NCBI GenBank assembly: GCA_965200005.1
Contig: OZ241331.1
Span: forward strand, 641,054-705,053
DNA: 64,000 bases
Reading direction: 5' to 3'
Origin: Acidimicrobiales bacterium
GTDB lineage: Bacteria; Actinomycetota; Acidimicrobiia; Acidimicrobiales; Aldehydirespiratoraceae
Part shown: positions 1-10,613 of the stretch, in pieces
Position numbering within the stretch: position 1 is the first letter of the stretch
Layout: every line of letters starts with the position of its first letter
Notes under the pieces: model-generated
The model's input: the letters and a program-made list of their open reading frames with translations, nothing else
What the model was told of the DNA's origin: nothing
The model's database searches: none
Made by a program: the position numbers and the translations under genes

Positions 1-1
1 C

Positions 2-1424
2 GCGGTGATGGTCACCGCTAGCCACAACCCGCGCTCCGACAACGGTCTCAAGATCTACTGGCAGAGTGGCGCCCAGCTTGCTGCGCCCGTTGACTCCGAG
101 ATTCAAAGCATGCTCAAGAGCTTGGAACCGCTAGGGGCGTCCGACCTAGCAGACCCGGGCGATCCCTTGATCACCGAGGTCTCAGAAGACGTGATTGACG
201 CTTACCTAGAAGCGGTTGCAGGTTTGCTATCACCCGACACTCCTCGGTCGGTGCGAATTGCCTACACGCCGCTGCACGGTGTCGGCTCTGAGATGTTCAA
301 AGCGGCACTCCAGAGAGCCGGTTTCCCAACACCCGCAATCGTTGCAGGGCAAGCCGAGCCCGACCCCGACTTCCCCACGGCAGCATTCCCGAATCCCCGA
401 GGAGACAGGCATCCTTGATCCGCTCCTAGCACTGGCTAATGACACCAGTGCCGATCTAGCAATGGCTCACGATCCCGATGCGGACCGCCTCGCCGTGGCA
501 GTAGTCGACGACGGGCGCTGGCGCCTGCTGAGCGGTGACGAGACCGGGTGTCTCCTTGCTGAGCACCTGCTCACACACCACTCCGGCGCTTCTCCCTCAG
601 AAGCGCAAGCAAGCTCGCCTAGCCACAAACGGCCACTGCTCATCAACACCGTTGTGTCTTCGCGCCTGCTCGGACACATAGCCGCACATCACGACGCTGA
701 CTATTGCCAGACGCTTACAGGCTTCAAGTGGATCATGAAACAGGCCCTTGAACATAGGGACACCCACGAGTTGGTTCTGGGTTATGAGGAAGCCCTGGGA
801 TATGCCATCTCTGATGTTGTCCGTGACAAGGACGGCATCAGCGCAGCTGTTGTGATGGCGGAACTCGCAGCATGCCAGAGAGCTCAGGGGCTCACGGTGC
901 TCGACCTACTGAACGAAATCCATCGTCGTCACGGAGTACATGTGACCGGTCAGCGCTCCATCCGTTTCGAGGCCACACCCGAAAACCGAAGCTTGCGGGA
1001 GCAAGCAATGCAGGTGCTCCGCCAGAGACCACCGACACAACTCGCTGGTCACAACATCAGCGCTGTAGTTGACTTGATGGACGGCGGCAGTGGCTTGCCT
1101 AGTGCGGATGTCGTCACTTTGAACTTTGATGAAATCGACGCAAGAGTGACTGTCCGGCCGAGTGGAACTGAACCGAAACTCAAGGTGTACTCGGAAGCTG
1201 CAAGCCCTGATGACTCCGCGGCTGCACGGCGGCAGGTGGCCGAATTGCTGGACTCCGCTGTCAAGCGAATCGCTGATCCTGAACGTGTTCGCGCCAGTGA
1301 AATTGGCCGCGCGGCTTCACAGCCTCTAGTCACCTCAGCCCAAAGTGACTACCAGTCCGATAGCACTCCATCACATCGCAACTGTCCTGAAGTCCAGAGC
1401 ACTAGAACACGACACCATCACCAC
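2..1424 (+). pseudogene. phospho-sugar mutase (phosphoglucomutase/phosphomannomutase family); 5' end outside window, frameshifted
   Basis: Frame 2 opens at the window edge with the phosphoserine loop TASHNP. The expected AFPNPEE motif is broken by a CCCC run at 395-398 (one C too many). The protein then continues in frame 0 (ILDPLLALA, AHDPDADR, RPSGTEPKLKVY). There is no in-frame stop before the deoC ATG, so the 3' end is uncertain. Confidence 0.8.
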
Positions 1425-2256
1425 ATGACTCACAACACGCAATCCCATCACGGCCACGAGCAGGTCCACTCCAGTCGAATCGGTCGTGACCGCTACGAGG
1501 ACTTGCGTCTTCTGATGCGATGCACCGATCTGACGACGCTTGCTGGCGATGACACACCTGGGCGCGTCCGGGCACTGTGCTCAACAGCGCTAAGGCCCGA
1601 TCCCAGCGACCCCACGGTCGGGCCGGTAGCAGCCGTCTGCGTGTACAGCGCCCTCGCAGGCGTAGCCGCGGAACTGCTAGCAGGAACGCGTGTGGAAGTT
1701 GCGAGCGTCGCCGGGGCATTTCCGAGCGGTCTGGCACCACTTGAGATCAAGGTTGCCGAGGTGGCCGCCGCTGTGGCTGCGGGAGCAACCGAGATCGACA
1801 CGGTCATCAACCGATCAGCGTTCCTTACTGGACGTCACGACGTTGTCGTAGAAGAGCTTGAGGCAATGCGCCAAGCATCCGGCAGTGCCTGCTTCAAAGG
1901 TCATCCTGGAGGTCTGTGAACTTGGATCTGCTGACGCGATCCGAAGCGCCACACAACTTGCGATAGATGCAGGAGCCGACATGGTCAAGACTTCCACCGG
2001 CAAAGGTGCCGCCGGGGCGTCACCCGAGGCTGTCACTGCAATGGCACAGACGATCGCTCACCATCATGCACAAACGGGAGAGCCCGTAGGAATCAAGATC
2101 GCCGGAGGAGTCAGCACGGCCGCTGATGCGCTTAGTTACCTCAACATCGTGCGTTCGGAACTCGGCGAAGAGTGGCTCACACCCAGCCGGCTCCGGTTCG
2201 GAGCCTCAAGCCTGCTTGGCAACCTCGTTGCAGCCCTAGCCGAAGCAAGGAACTGA
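1425..2256 (+). pseudogene. deoC: deoxyribose-phosphate aldolase, frameshifted
   Basis: LRLLMRCTDLTTLAGDDTPGRVRALC, KVILEVCELGS, MVKTSTGK and RFGASS follow the remembered E. coli DeoC layout. The reading frame switches within 1893-1899 (around the AAA run 1896-1898), splitting the protein between ORFs 216..1919 and 1858..2256. Confidence 0.8.
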
Positions 2257-2454
2257 ATCGCCTCGCCTAACGGGATGGACTCTCGACAAGAACCCCAGAC
2301 AGCCCAGATCAAGTCTCTACGGTTCCCTACACCAGAGCCAGTACCACGGAACGGTCTGCAAGACAACAACCCGCATGAGTCGCTAGCTCACTCCGAGTGC
2401 AATTGGCAGACATAATGCCTCGGGGAGATTGCCGGGCTGCTGAGAGGGGCTTGC

Positions 2455-3540
2455 ATGACTGACGCCGTAGCAGCCGTCGAGATCGAGGGAGTGACCAAAC
2501 GCTTCGGTGACGTGCTAGCGGTCGACCAGCTCGATCTGGAGATCGGTGACGGTGAGTTCTTCGCCCTGCTCGGCCCGTCCGGGTGCGGCAAGACAACGAC
2601 GCTGCGAATCATCGCAGGGCTCGAGTTCCCGACCGAAGGACGGCTCCGCATTTTCGGTCATGACGTCGGCACGCTGCCACCCAACAAGCGGCCAGTCAAC
2701 ACCGTCTTCCAGAACTACGCCCTGTTCCCCCACATGTCGATCGCCGACAATGTTGGCTTCGGCCTGAAGATGAGAAAGGTCGAGCGGCGCGAGATCAAAA
2801 GCCGGGTTGGAGAAGCGCTTGAACTCGTGCAACTCGCAGACCTCGGCAAGAGACGGCCGTCGCAGCTCTCCGGGGGCCAGCAGCAGCGGGTGGCGCTGGC
2901 AAGGGCTCTCGTGAACCGACCCAAAGTGTTGCTACTCGACGAGCCGCTCGGAGCACTCGACCTCAAGCTGCGACAGGGCATGCAAGTCGAGCTCAAGATC
3001 CTGCAGCGTGAGGTGGGCATCACGTTTATGTTCGTGACGCACGACCAGGAGGAAGCCCTCACGATGAGCGATCGTGTTGCGATCCTCGATGAGGGCCGCC
3101 TGCTGCAGGTCGGCAGCCCCGAGGAGGTCTACGAGCGGCCAGCCAACCGGTTCGTGGCTGACTTCATTGGTAGGGCAAACCTGCTGGAGGCCACCGTCAA
3201 GTCTTCACGGCAGATTTGTCTGGCAAATGGTTCGATGGTTGGGTGCGCTACCGATCACCCCGTCGGCACCAAGGTGGCCCTGAGCTTGCGGCCCGAACGT
3301 GCCGATCTCATGGCCCTCAACGACGACGCTTACCCAGACGCACCGCCCCACACAGCAGGGGTTGACGGTGTAATCAAGCGGGTCACCTATGCGGGAAATG
3401 CTGTCAGTTACGGAGTATCAGTCGATTGGATGACGGTCGAGGTACGCATGGAAAACCGGCCGGGAGCGGCTCGCTTTGCGGTTGATGACCACGTCCGGGT
3501 GATCTGGCACCGAGACGCGGTAGCGATCGTGACCGGCTAG
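2455..3540 (+). CDS. potA: spermidine/putrescine ABC transporter ATP-binding protein
   Basis: Walker A GPSGCGKTT, signature LSGGQQQRVALARAL, Walker B LLLDEP, and a PotA-type C-terminal regulatory domain. It is the first gene of a 4-gene pot operon. Confidence 0.9.
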   Translation: MTDAVAAVEIEGVTKRFGDVLAVDQLDLEIGDGEFFALLGPSGCGKTTTLRIIAGLEFPTEGRLRIFGHDVGTLPPNKRPVNTVFQNYALFPHMSIADNVGFGLKMRKVERREIKSRVGEALELVQLADLGKRRPSQLSGGQQQRVALARALVNRPKVLLLDEPLGALDLKLRQGMQVELKILQREVGITFMFVTHDQEEALTMSDRVAILDEGRLLQVGSPEEVYERPANRFVADFIGRANLLEATVKSSRQICLANGSMVGCATDHPVGTKVALSLRPERADLMALNDDAYPDAPPHTAGVDGVIKRVTYAGNAVSYGVSVDWMTVEVRMENRPGAARFAVDDHVRVIWHRDAVAIVTG

Positions 3541-3556
3541 CGACTGGCGGCTAGCA

Positions 3557-4495
3557 ATGAACGCGACATCAACACAATCAGGAGCCCCCGAGTCGGCTGC
3601 CGGTTCCAGTTGGGAGCCAACCCAACCACGCTCAGCACGCACCATCGAAGAGGCAGCCCGGCGCGCCGACTCTCGCCGTGGGTTCCTGCTAGCGCTCCCC
3701 GCATACGCATACCTGGTGTTGCTGTTCGCGGTGCCTCTGGTGATCGTTGTCGTCTACTCGTTCGCCACACGCAACCGTTTCGGTGGCACCGATTTATCGG
3801 GCTGGAACCTCGACTCATATCGCAAACTGGCCGAGCCAGTCGTTCGTGACATTGTCTTTCGCTCGGTCTGGCTTGCCATCCTCACCACGGTTATCTGCCT
3901 GCTGCTGGCTTACCCGTTTGCTTACTTCCTGACGACCTGTCGCCCGATGGTGCGCAACGTCATGCTCGTGTTTGTGATGATCCCGTTCTGGTCGAACTTT
4001 CTTGTTCGCAACTACGCATGGCGGGTTCTGCTGGGAACAGATGGCCTTGTTTCTGACATCTTTGAGTTTTTTGGCTTCGGACCAACCGTGTTGTTATTCA
4101 CGAATTCAGCGGTGGTTCTGGGGCTGGTGTATGGCTTCTTGCCGTTCATGATCTTGCCGCTGTATGCCTCAATGGAACGCATCGACCCTGCACTGTTTGA
4201 GGCTGGCCGTGACCTATATGCATCCGGGTACCAGAGCTTCCGGCGCATCCTGTTGCCCCTGTCAAAGCCAGGAGTGATTGCCGGTTCGATCCTGGTGTTC
4301 GTGCCAAGCCTGGGCGCCTACGTAACCCCCGAAGTGCTTGGGGGAGCAAAGACAACCCTGCTCGGCTCGTACGTAGTCGTGCAGTTCCTAACAGCACGAA
4401 ACTGGCCTTTCGGTGCCTCGCTCTCGTTCGTGTTGATGGCAGTAATGCTGGTAGCGACACTCATCTATTTCCGCACGGGCGGTCGCAACCTGTGA
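3557..4495 (+). CDS. potB: spermidine/putrescine ABC transporter permease
   Basis: Multi-pass membrane protein with a binding-protein-dependent permease EAA-like loop (EAGRDLYASGYQSFRRILLPL). It follows potA. Confidence 0.85.
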   Translation: MNATSTQSGAPESAAGSSWEPTQPRSARTIEEAARRADSRRGFLLALPAYAYLVLLFAVPLVIVVVYSFATRNRFGGTDLSGWNLDSYRKLAEPVVRDIVFRSVWLAILTTVICLLLAYPFAYFLTTCRPMVRNVMLVFVMIPFWSNFLVRNYAWRVLLGTDGLVSDIFEFFGFGPTVLLFTNSAVVLGLVYGFLPFMILPLYASMERIDPALFEAGRDLYASGYQSFRRILLPLSKPGVIAGSILVFVPSLGAYVTPEVLGGAKTTLLGSYVVVQFLTARNWPFGASLSFVLMAVMLVATLIYFRTGGRNL

Positions 4496-5346
4496 TGGGA
4501 GCTACCCGAACTCGGGCAGCCATAGCAACCCGAACAGCACTTTCAGTCCAAGCCGTAGCTATTTACGTGTTTTTCTATGCGCCGATTATCTTGCTGTTTG
4601 TCTTCTCGTTCAGTGACAGCCGAAATCCGGGTGTGTGGGGTGGATTCACTCTGGATTGGTACGCCGAGTTCGCCGATCACTCAACTTTGCAACGATCAAT
4701 CTGGGTCTCAATAAGGGTTGCCGTTCTTTCCACAGCTGTGTCGGTAATGCTTGGCACACTTTCGGCACTAGCTCTGGAGCGGTTCAGGTTCCGTGGCCGC
4801 CGTGTGTTCGACGCGTTGCTGTACCTGCCGATCATCGTGCCCGATGTGACCATGGCCGTCATGATCTTGCTGTTCTTCTCGCAATTCTTTGATGTGATCG
4901 ACACACTCTTTGGGATCGGGCTCCAGAAGGGCCTCAGCACGATCGCGCTTAGCCACATTGCTTTCAACATCAGCTTCGTGTCGGTGGTAGTGCGGGCCCG
5001 ACTGTCAAACATGGACAGCGTCCTTGAAGAGGCAGCTCTAGACCTATACGCGAGCCGATGGCGTACGTTCCGTCACGTAACGCTGCCCCAGCTTGCACCT
5101 GGTATCGCGGGTGGAGCGCTGCTAGCTCTTACGCTCTCACTTGACGACGTGGTGATAACTCAGTTCGCCTCAGGGCCGGGTGCGACTACGCTGCCCGTGT
5201 TCGTTTTCGGACTAATCAGAAGGGGAGTCACGCCGCTGATCAACGCAGTATCCGTTGTGATGCTTGCTGCGTCGATCATGCTCGTGTTGTTGTCGCTGCT
5301 CGTAGCTAGGTCGCGCAGCAGCGGAAAGGATTCGATACCAATATGA
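4492..5346 (+). CDS. potC: spermidine/putrescine ABC transporter permease
   Basis: Start overlaps the potB stop by 4 nt. Permease loop EAALDLYASRWRTFRHVTLPQ and six hydrophobic segments. Confidence 0.85.
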   Translation: MMGATRTRAAIATRTALSVQAVAIYVFFYAPIILLFVFSFSDSRNPGVWGGFTLDWYAEFADHSTLQRSIWVSIRVAVLSTAVSVMLGTLSALALERFRFRGRRVFDALLYLPIIVPDVTMAVMILLFFSQFFDVIDTLFGIGLQKGLSTIALSHIAFNISFVSVVVRARLSNMDSVLEEAALDLYASRWRTFRHVTLPQLAPGIAGGALLALTLSLDDVVITQFASGPGATTLPVFVFGLIRRGVTPLINAVSVVMLAASIMLVLLSLLVARSRSSGKDSIPI

Positions 5347-6464
5347 AGACGCTCACTAAGACTCTTGTGGCAGTAGCAGCACTGGCATTGCTTGCAGCGG
5401 CATGCAGCTCCGATGAAGCCGACGACACGACCGCAGAGGCTGAAGTCGCTAGTGCCAGCTGTGAGCTAGATCAGGTTGATGGTGACCTGAACATGTACAA
5501 CTGGTCGGAATACATCGACGAAGCGCTTCTCGAGCAGTTCTCCGAGGAGTACGGGGTCTCCTACACGCTTGACACTTACGACTCCAACGAAGCCATGCAA
5601 CCGATCATCGCAGCCGGTAACAGCGGCTATGACCTGATCGTGCCATCGGATTACATGGTCAAGATCCTCATTGCAGCAGGCAACATCGTCAAACTTGACC
5701 AAGCTGCCATACCCAACCGTTCAAACATCTCATCGGATTTTGACAACCTCTCCTATGACCCGACCGGAGAGTATTCAGTGCCTTACCAGTGGGGCACTAC
5801 CGGTCTCGGTGTCAATACCGCAGTCGTCGGTACTGACTTTGATCGAAGCTGGGGATTGGTATTCGACCCGGCGATGGCTGATGCTCACTCAGGCAAGATC
5901 AGCTTGCTCAATGATCCTCGCGAGACAATGGGAGCTGCTCTCAAGTATCTCGGATACTCGCTCAACACCACCGACGAGGATGAACTAGACGAGGCCAAGC
6001 AACTGATCGTTGACACACGTGACCGCCTCGCTGCCTTCAATACCGACTCTGCAGATGAGTTGCTTACCGGCGGCGAGACAGTAATCGGCCACGGTTACTC
6101 CGGTGACATGTTCACCCAGTTCCTAGAGACTGACAATCCCGGCGACTACGTGTACTTCGTGCCCAAGGAGGGCGGGACTCGCTGGATCGACAACATGGCG
6201 GTTGTCTTTGATGCCGACAGTCCATGCACGGCTCACACGTTCATCAACTTCATTCTGCGTGCAGACATTGGCGCAGCCCTGTCGAACTACAACTACTACT
6301 CGACACCAAACGCTGCAGCCTTTGATGGGCTCGATCAAGATCTCTTGGACTTCGTTGGCGATCCGGATGTGATCCCGGGCGGGGTGGAGTCACTTGAAGA
6401 GATCCAGGACACTGGTGACTTTGAGGTGAACTACTCAGACGCCTTCATCGAAGCTAAGGCCTAA
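5343..6464 (+). CDS. potD: spermidine/putrescine-binding lipoprotein
   Basis: Signal peptide with lipobox LLAAACSS. PotD/PotF-like NMYNWSEYIDE motif. Start overlaps the potC stop by 4 nt. Confidence 0.85.
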   Translation: MKTLTKTLVAVAALALLAAACSSDEADDTTAEAEVASASCELDQVDGDLNMYNWSEYIDEALLEQFSEEYGVSYTLDTYDSNEAMQPIIAAGNSGYDLIVPSDYMVKILIAAGNIVKLDQAAIPNRSNISSDFDNLSYDPTGEYSVPYQWGTTGLGVNTAVVGTDFDRSWGLVFDPAMADAHSGKISLLNDPRETMGAALKYLGYSLNTTDEDELDEAKQLIVDTRDRLAAFNTDSADELLTGGETVIGHGYSGDMFTQFLETDNPGDYVYFVPKEGGTRWIDNMAVVFDADSPCTAHTFINFILRADIGAALSNYNYYSTPNAAAFDGLDQDLLDFVGDPDVIPGGVESLEEIQDTGDFEVNYSDAFIEAKA

Positions 6465-6522
6465 GGGGAAAGTCGGCCACCAAACGTGAGGGAGCGGGTT
6501 AGCGGGATCGGTCAGCGCACCG

Positions 6523-7296
6523 TTAGCGGGCTTGCCAGCGTGGTGCCCGCCGCTCCCGCCACGCCACCACACCTTCTCGTGCGTCAGCAGTATTAGTAGC
6601 CACACGGCGCATCGTCTCACCCATCCGCACAGCTTCACTCCAAGGCAGCGTCCGACCGCGAGCTGCCATCTCTTTGGTGGCGCGCACCGCAAGTGGTGCT
6701 CCCGCACAGAGTCGGCGGGCCAGTGACTGGGCCTCGCTCAACAGCTCGTCGTGTGGAGTGACACGCCAGACGAGACCGATCTCGTGCGCCCGCGAGACAT
6801 CGATCGTGTCGCCGGTCAGGAGCAACTCGAGCGCATCCGGCCAGCGAACCCGATCAGGCAACCGCAGAGCTCCCACAATGGTGGGCACACCGATGCGCAC
6901 TTCGGGATAAGCGAATGAGGCGCGCTCGCTAGCCAGCACAAAGTCACATGCGAGCACGGCGGTGAGCCCGTAACCGATGCAGGGGCCGTTCACCGCGGCG
7001 ATCGTCGGCTTCCAGATCTCCATGCCGGATTCGAACGTGGTGATTGTGGGCCACTCCCAGAAGCTGCCCGGCCACCTGCCCGTTGAGCCTTCGGAGTCTT
7101 TGAGATCGGCACCTGCACAGAAGGCACGGCCGGCTCCGGTGACTATCGCCACCCAAGCCTCGGTGTCTTCACGGAATTCGAGCCAGGCCGCATCTAGTGC
7201 CTCTCGCATGGCGCCGTTGACAGCGTTGAGGGATCGGGGCCGGTTGTACGTGATCGTCGCTACATGGCCGTCACGTTCATAAGTTGCCGCAGACAT
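6523..7296 (-). CDS. enoyl-CoA hydratase/isomerase (crotonase) family protein
   Basis: ITYNRPRSLNAVN and VTGAGRAFCAGADLK crotonase motifs. Start set at the internal ATG (MSAATYERDG); the longer ORF extension has no homology-like content. Confidence 0.85.
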   Translation of the reverse strand: MSAATYERDGHVATITYNRPRSLNAVNGAMREALDAAWLEFREDTEAWVAIVTGAGRAFCAGADLKDSEGSTGRWPGSFWEWPTITTFESGMEIWKPTIAAVNGPCIGYGLTAVLACDFVLASERASFAYPEVRIGVPTIVGALRLPDRVRWPDALELLLTGDTIDVSRAHEIGLVWRVTPHDELLSEAQSLARRLCAGAPLAVRATKEMAARGRTLPWSEAVRMGETMRRVATNTADAREGVVAWRERRAPRWQAR

Positions 7297-7475
7297 AGCT
7301 CCAAGTATCACCTTAAGCGTCTGTGCGCAGCCCCCGCACTTGACACTTGCGCTGGGTGCTAGCGATGAAATTTGGTCGAGCAGAGTGAATCCAACCGGCG
7401 GCGGCGCGAACTGCAAGCGTTAGCGTTCGCTCCGGTGACACTGACATATCGGCCGGTCGAGGAGGTGTTCCTGCG

Positions 7476-8735
7476 ATGACAGGCAAGGCACACAACGGTG
7501 CAGGTACGACATCGGTTGAGTCCGCTCCCTCTGAGAGTCGCACTCCCATGATCGTGAGCGTCGACGACCATGTGGTGGAGCCCGCACACGTGTGGCAGGA
7601 GTGGCTCCCTGCCAAGTACCGAGAGGCGGGCCCCAGGGTGGAACGTCACCGTCTTGGTGAACTGCGCTACACCGGGGGAACTAGCTATAGCTACGACCTT
7701 GACCCGCCGGATGGTTCTGGGCATTGGTGTGACATCTGGTTCTACGAGGATGGGATGTACCCGCACAAGCGCCACGTCGCCGCTGTTGGATTTGATCGTG
7801 ACGACATGACTCTCACGCCGATCACCTACGACGAGATGCGGCCTGGCTATTACGAGCCAGCGGCAAGGGTCGAAGACATGCTTGCAAATCACGTGGATTG
7901 CTCGTTGAGCTTCCCGACCTTCCCACGCTTTTGTGGTCAGACGTTTTATGAGGCCAAAGACCACGACCTCGGCTTGGCATGTGTACGTGCTTACAACGAC
8001 TGGATGATTGAGGAGTGGTGCGCAGACTCCGACGGGGTGCTGGTGCCGCTGATCATCGTGCCGCTGTGGGATGCTGATCTAGCCGCAGCAGAGGTGCGTC
8101 GTAATGCCGAGCGGGGCTGTCGGGCGGTGACCTTCAGTGAGATCCCGCCGCACCTGGGACTGCCATCTATCCACAGTGGGTTCTACGAGCCGTTTATTCA
8201 AGCTTGTGAATCCACCGGCACGGTGATCTGCATGCACATCGGGTCGAGTTCGAAGATGCCTGCCACCTCGCCGGATGCCCCAACCGGCGTGTCGGCAACG
8301 CTGAGCTTCAACAACGCGATGGCTTCGCTGTCAGATTGGCTGTTTTCGGGGATCTTGCCACGTCATCCGCAACTGAAACTTGCCTACAGCGAGGGTCAGA
8401 TCGGCTGGCTTCCTTACGTGTTGGAGCGTGCCGACACCGTCTGGGAGGAGCATCGGGCTTGGGCCGACACAAAACGTCTGGTACCCGAACCGCCGTCTAC
8501 CTACTGGTATCGCCACGGGTATGGCTGTTTCTTTAGGGATCATCATGGCCTGGCGAGCCTTGATGAGGTAGGGGTGGACAATGTCACGTTCGAAACCGAC
8601 TATCCGCACACCGATTCGACCTGGCCCAACACCCTTGAGGTAGCCACCGAGATGTTCGCTGGGCTTGACGATGAGACCATCTACAAGATCGTGCGTGGCA
8701 ACGCTTTGCGGATGCTCGAGATCGAAGAAGCTTGA
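7476..8735 (+). CDS. amidohydrolase-2 (ACMSD-like TIM-barrel metal hydrolase) family protein
   Basis: VSVDDHVVEP metal-binding start, FETDYPHTDS near the C-terminus, and length typical of the family. The true start may be the ATG at 7548 (MIVSVDDH). Confidence 0.75.
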   Translation: MTGKAHNGAGTTSVESAPSESRTPMIVSVDDHVVEPAHVWQEWLPAKYREAGPRVERHRLGELRYTGGTSYSYDLDPPDGSGHWCDIWFYEDGMYPHKRHVAAVGFDRDDMTLTPITYDEMRPGYYEPAARVEDMLANHVDCSLSFPTFPRFCGQTFYEAKDHDLGLACVRAYNDWMIEEWCADSDGVLVPLIIVPLWDADLAAAEVRRNAERGCRAVTFSEIPPHLGLPSIHSGFYEPFIQACESTGTVICMHIGSSSKMPATSPDAPTGVSATLSFNNAMASLSDWLFSGILPRHPQLKLAYSEGQIGWLPYVLERADTVWEEHRAWADTKRLVPEPPSTYWYRHGYGCFFRDHHGLASLDEVGVDNVTFETDYPHTDSTWPNTLEVATEMFAGLDDETIYKIVRGNALRMLEIEEA

Positions 8736-8962
8736 GACGATCGCCTATGCTTGCGGCCGTGGCTGGAGCCGTAGTGATGGTGGTCGTTCTCGTTGTGGTG
8801 TTCCCGGTGCTGTTCCTTGTAGGCACCGGAGTTATCGCTGCGGTGTTCGGCAGTTTGTTGAAGTCAGACTCTGATGCCTCGAACCGTGACGGCGGCAGTC
8901 CTAACGAGTACCTGCAATTGTCAGACGCTGAGGCCAGCACCAACTACCCCCACCACAGCTAA
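8732..8962 (+). CDS. small hydrophobic protein (hypothetical)
   Basis: ORF overlaps the amidohydrolase stop and has one long hydrophobic stretch (AAVAGAVVMVVVLVVVFPVLFLVGTGVIAAVFG). No family recognised. Confidence 0.3.
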   Translation: MRRSPMLAAVAGAVVMVVVLVVVFPVLFLVGTGVIAAVFGSLLKSDSDASNRDGGSPNEYLQLSDAEASTNYPHHS

Positions 8963-8999
8963 CACCCTCACGGCCATGACCTCCTAGGGGCGGGCCGAT

Positions 9000-10613
9000 C
9001 TAGGTTCCGGTTGGCCAGGTTTCGGGGCAGCCTCGGTTGATCCAGGTGGCTGCTGCGACCGCCGCGAAGACGGCATCGCTGCCGTTGACGGGTTCGGTGC
9101 CATCGTCGATGATCTTGATCTTCACTGGAGGCATGGCAGCGGCGCCGATGATCCCAAATGAACGCACGGTCAGATCATGAACCCGCCCCGTTAGGTCAAT
9201 GGCTAGTGACTCGCTGGTTACCCACGAGTAGGCCATGTGAGCCGCACCGGTGCAATACGAACGCAACACAACCTCATCAAGGGGCTTGCCCGCTCGCACC
9301 TCCACGCTGATAGTGCCGTCGCCAGCAACGGATGCGCGGGCGGCTCCCCCATCTGGTGAAGTGATCCAGCCATGGCTATCGGCGTTGACGGCTGCAAGTA
9401 GTACGGCCGCTTCTACCCAACCCGCTCCTCGGATCGCCGCGGATGTTTGCGGCCCGGCGACATCAACCTCGGTTACGGCAAGTCCGGGAGCGTAAGCCTT
9501 GATGATGTCAGCGATCTGGGGAGTGCGTGCTATAACGATCTCGCCCGTGCCGTCCGCTCGCACACCGGCAGCAATCGGGGGCCGCTTAGGGCCGCACTCA
9601 ACCGTGTCGGGGCGTGACCACAGCACCCGCATAGACCTGCCATAGAGATCTGCAAGTCGTCTCGCGACCCCTGGCAGCGGCGAGTCTGCCTTGGCACCGA
9701 AAGCACCAGCGTTGCCGAGAGGTGATGCCGGTTCTCCTCCGGGTTCGCACCACGACGCATCCGTCTCCAAGTATCCAGGCTCTACCCAGCTAGTCCTAAG
9801 CGTTACTGCCCACTCACCCGGTGGCACCTCTAGCGGCGGTTCGTGGCGCAGCGTGGTACGCCGACCTTGCGGTCTTGCCGCTAGCCGCCGGGCCTCTGCC
9901 GCAGTCTCGGCCACGACCCAACTGTCAAGATCCTCAACAGGTACCCCACTCGCACGGCGAATCGCGACAAGCGCATCCTCGGGTGCCGTGTCGTCAGCGA
10001 ATCCTCCCGCGCCGAGCGCAACATGTGGCCCGGTGGACTGTGCGACGTGTCCCTCGATTGCGGCACGTTGTTCCGAAGCCCGTCGTTGCTCGTCAAGGTC
10101 ACACTTGGGCAGATCGTCCTTGCTGCCGTGGTCCGCGTCGAATCGAGGATACTTAACCCAGGCGTCCAGAATCGGCTGCCAACCGGTGCAACGACACAAG
10201 TGCGCAGCCAATGCCCGTGCCGGTGCGTGACGGTCGGAGTGATCTTTGCCTCTGGCGTGAAGCGCCGAGAAGCGGCAGATGATCCCCGGTGTACAGAATC
10301 CGCATTGGCTTGCACCGGTTACCGAGAAGGCTTGCGACCAGCCCTCACGCACCGCCGGGTCGAGACCTTCAAGAGTGACAATGTTGCGACCTTGCACTCG
10401 CCGTGCCGGGGTCACACAAGCAACTCTCGGCTGACCGTCAATCAGCACAGTGCAGCATCCACACTGACCCTGCGGTGAACAGCCGTCCTTGACGCTGCGC
10501 AACCGCAGTTGCTCACGCAACACGTCAAGCAGCGACGCAAAAGGATCAGAGACGGCGACCTTCGTCCCGTTCACCATGAGTTCCAGACTGCTAGGGGGCT
10601 CAGACACTCTCAA
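9000..10613 (-). CDS. (2Fe-2S)-binding protein fused to an aldehyde-oxidase/xanthine-dehydrogenase-like C-terminal region
   Basis: N-terminus carries both CoxS-type cluster motifs (CSPQGQCGCCTVLIDG...C and QCGFCTPG...CRCTGW). The C-terminal ~370 aa resemble only part of a molybdopterin-binding subunit (SWVEPGYLETDAS, GAFGAK). Confidence 0.7.
   Translation of the reverse strand: MRVSEPPSSLELMVNGTKVAVSDPFASLLDVLREQLRLRSVKDGCSPQGQCGCCTVLIDGQPRVACVTPARRVQGRNIVTLEGLDPAVREGWSQAFSVTGASQCGFCTPGIICRFSALHARGKDHSDRHAPARALAAHLCRCTGWQPILDAWVKYPRFDADHGSKDDLPKCDLDEQRRASEQRAAIEGHVAQSTGPHVALGAGGFADDTAPEDALVAIRRASGVPVEDLDSWVVAETAAEARRLAARPQGRRTTLRHEPPLEVPPGEWAVTLRTSWVEPGYLETDASWCEPGGEPASPLGNAGAFGAKADSPLPGVARRLADLYGRSMRVLWSRPDTVECGPKRPPIAAGVRADGTGEIVIARTPQIADIIKAYAPGLAVTEVDVAGPQTSAAIRGAGWVEAAVLLAAVNADSHGWITSPDGGAARASVAGDGTISVEVRAGKPLDEVVLRSYCTGAAHMAYSWVTSESLAIDLTGRVHDLTVRSFGIIGAAAMPPVKIKIIDDGTEPVNGSDAVFAAVAAATWINRGCPETWPTGT

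Noticed and set aside
216-1919. The 567-aa ORF could be read as a genuine bifunctional phospho-sugar mutase-DeoC fusion.
   Set aside because: Its first ~60 codons are out-of-frame read-through of the mutase N-terminal part. Its last ~10 codons are out-of-frame deoC. The lack of a stop between the two domains may itself be an indel artefact, so the long ORF is a by-product of frameshifts in GC-rich DNA.
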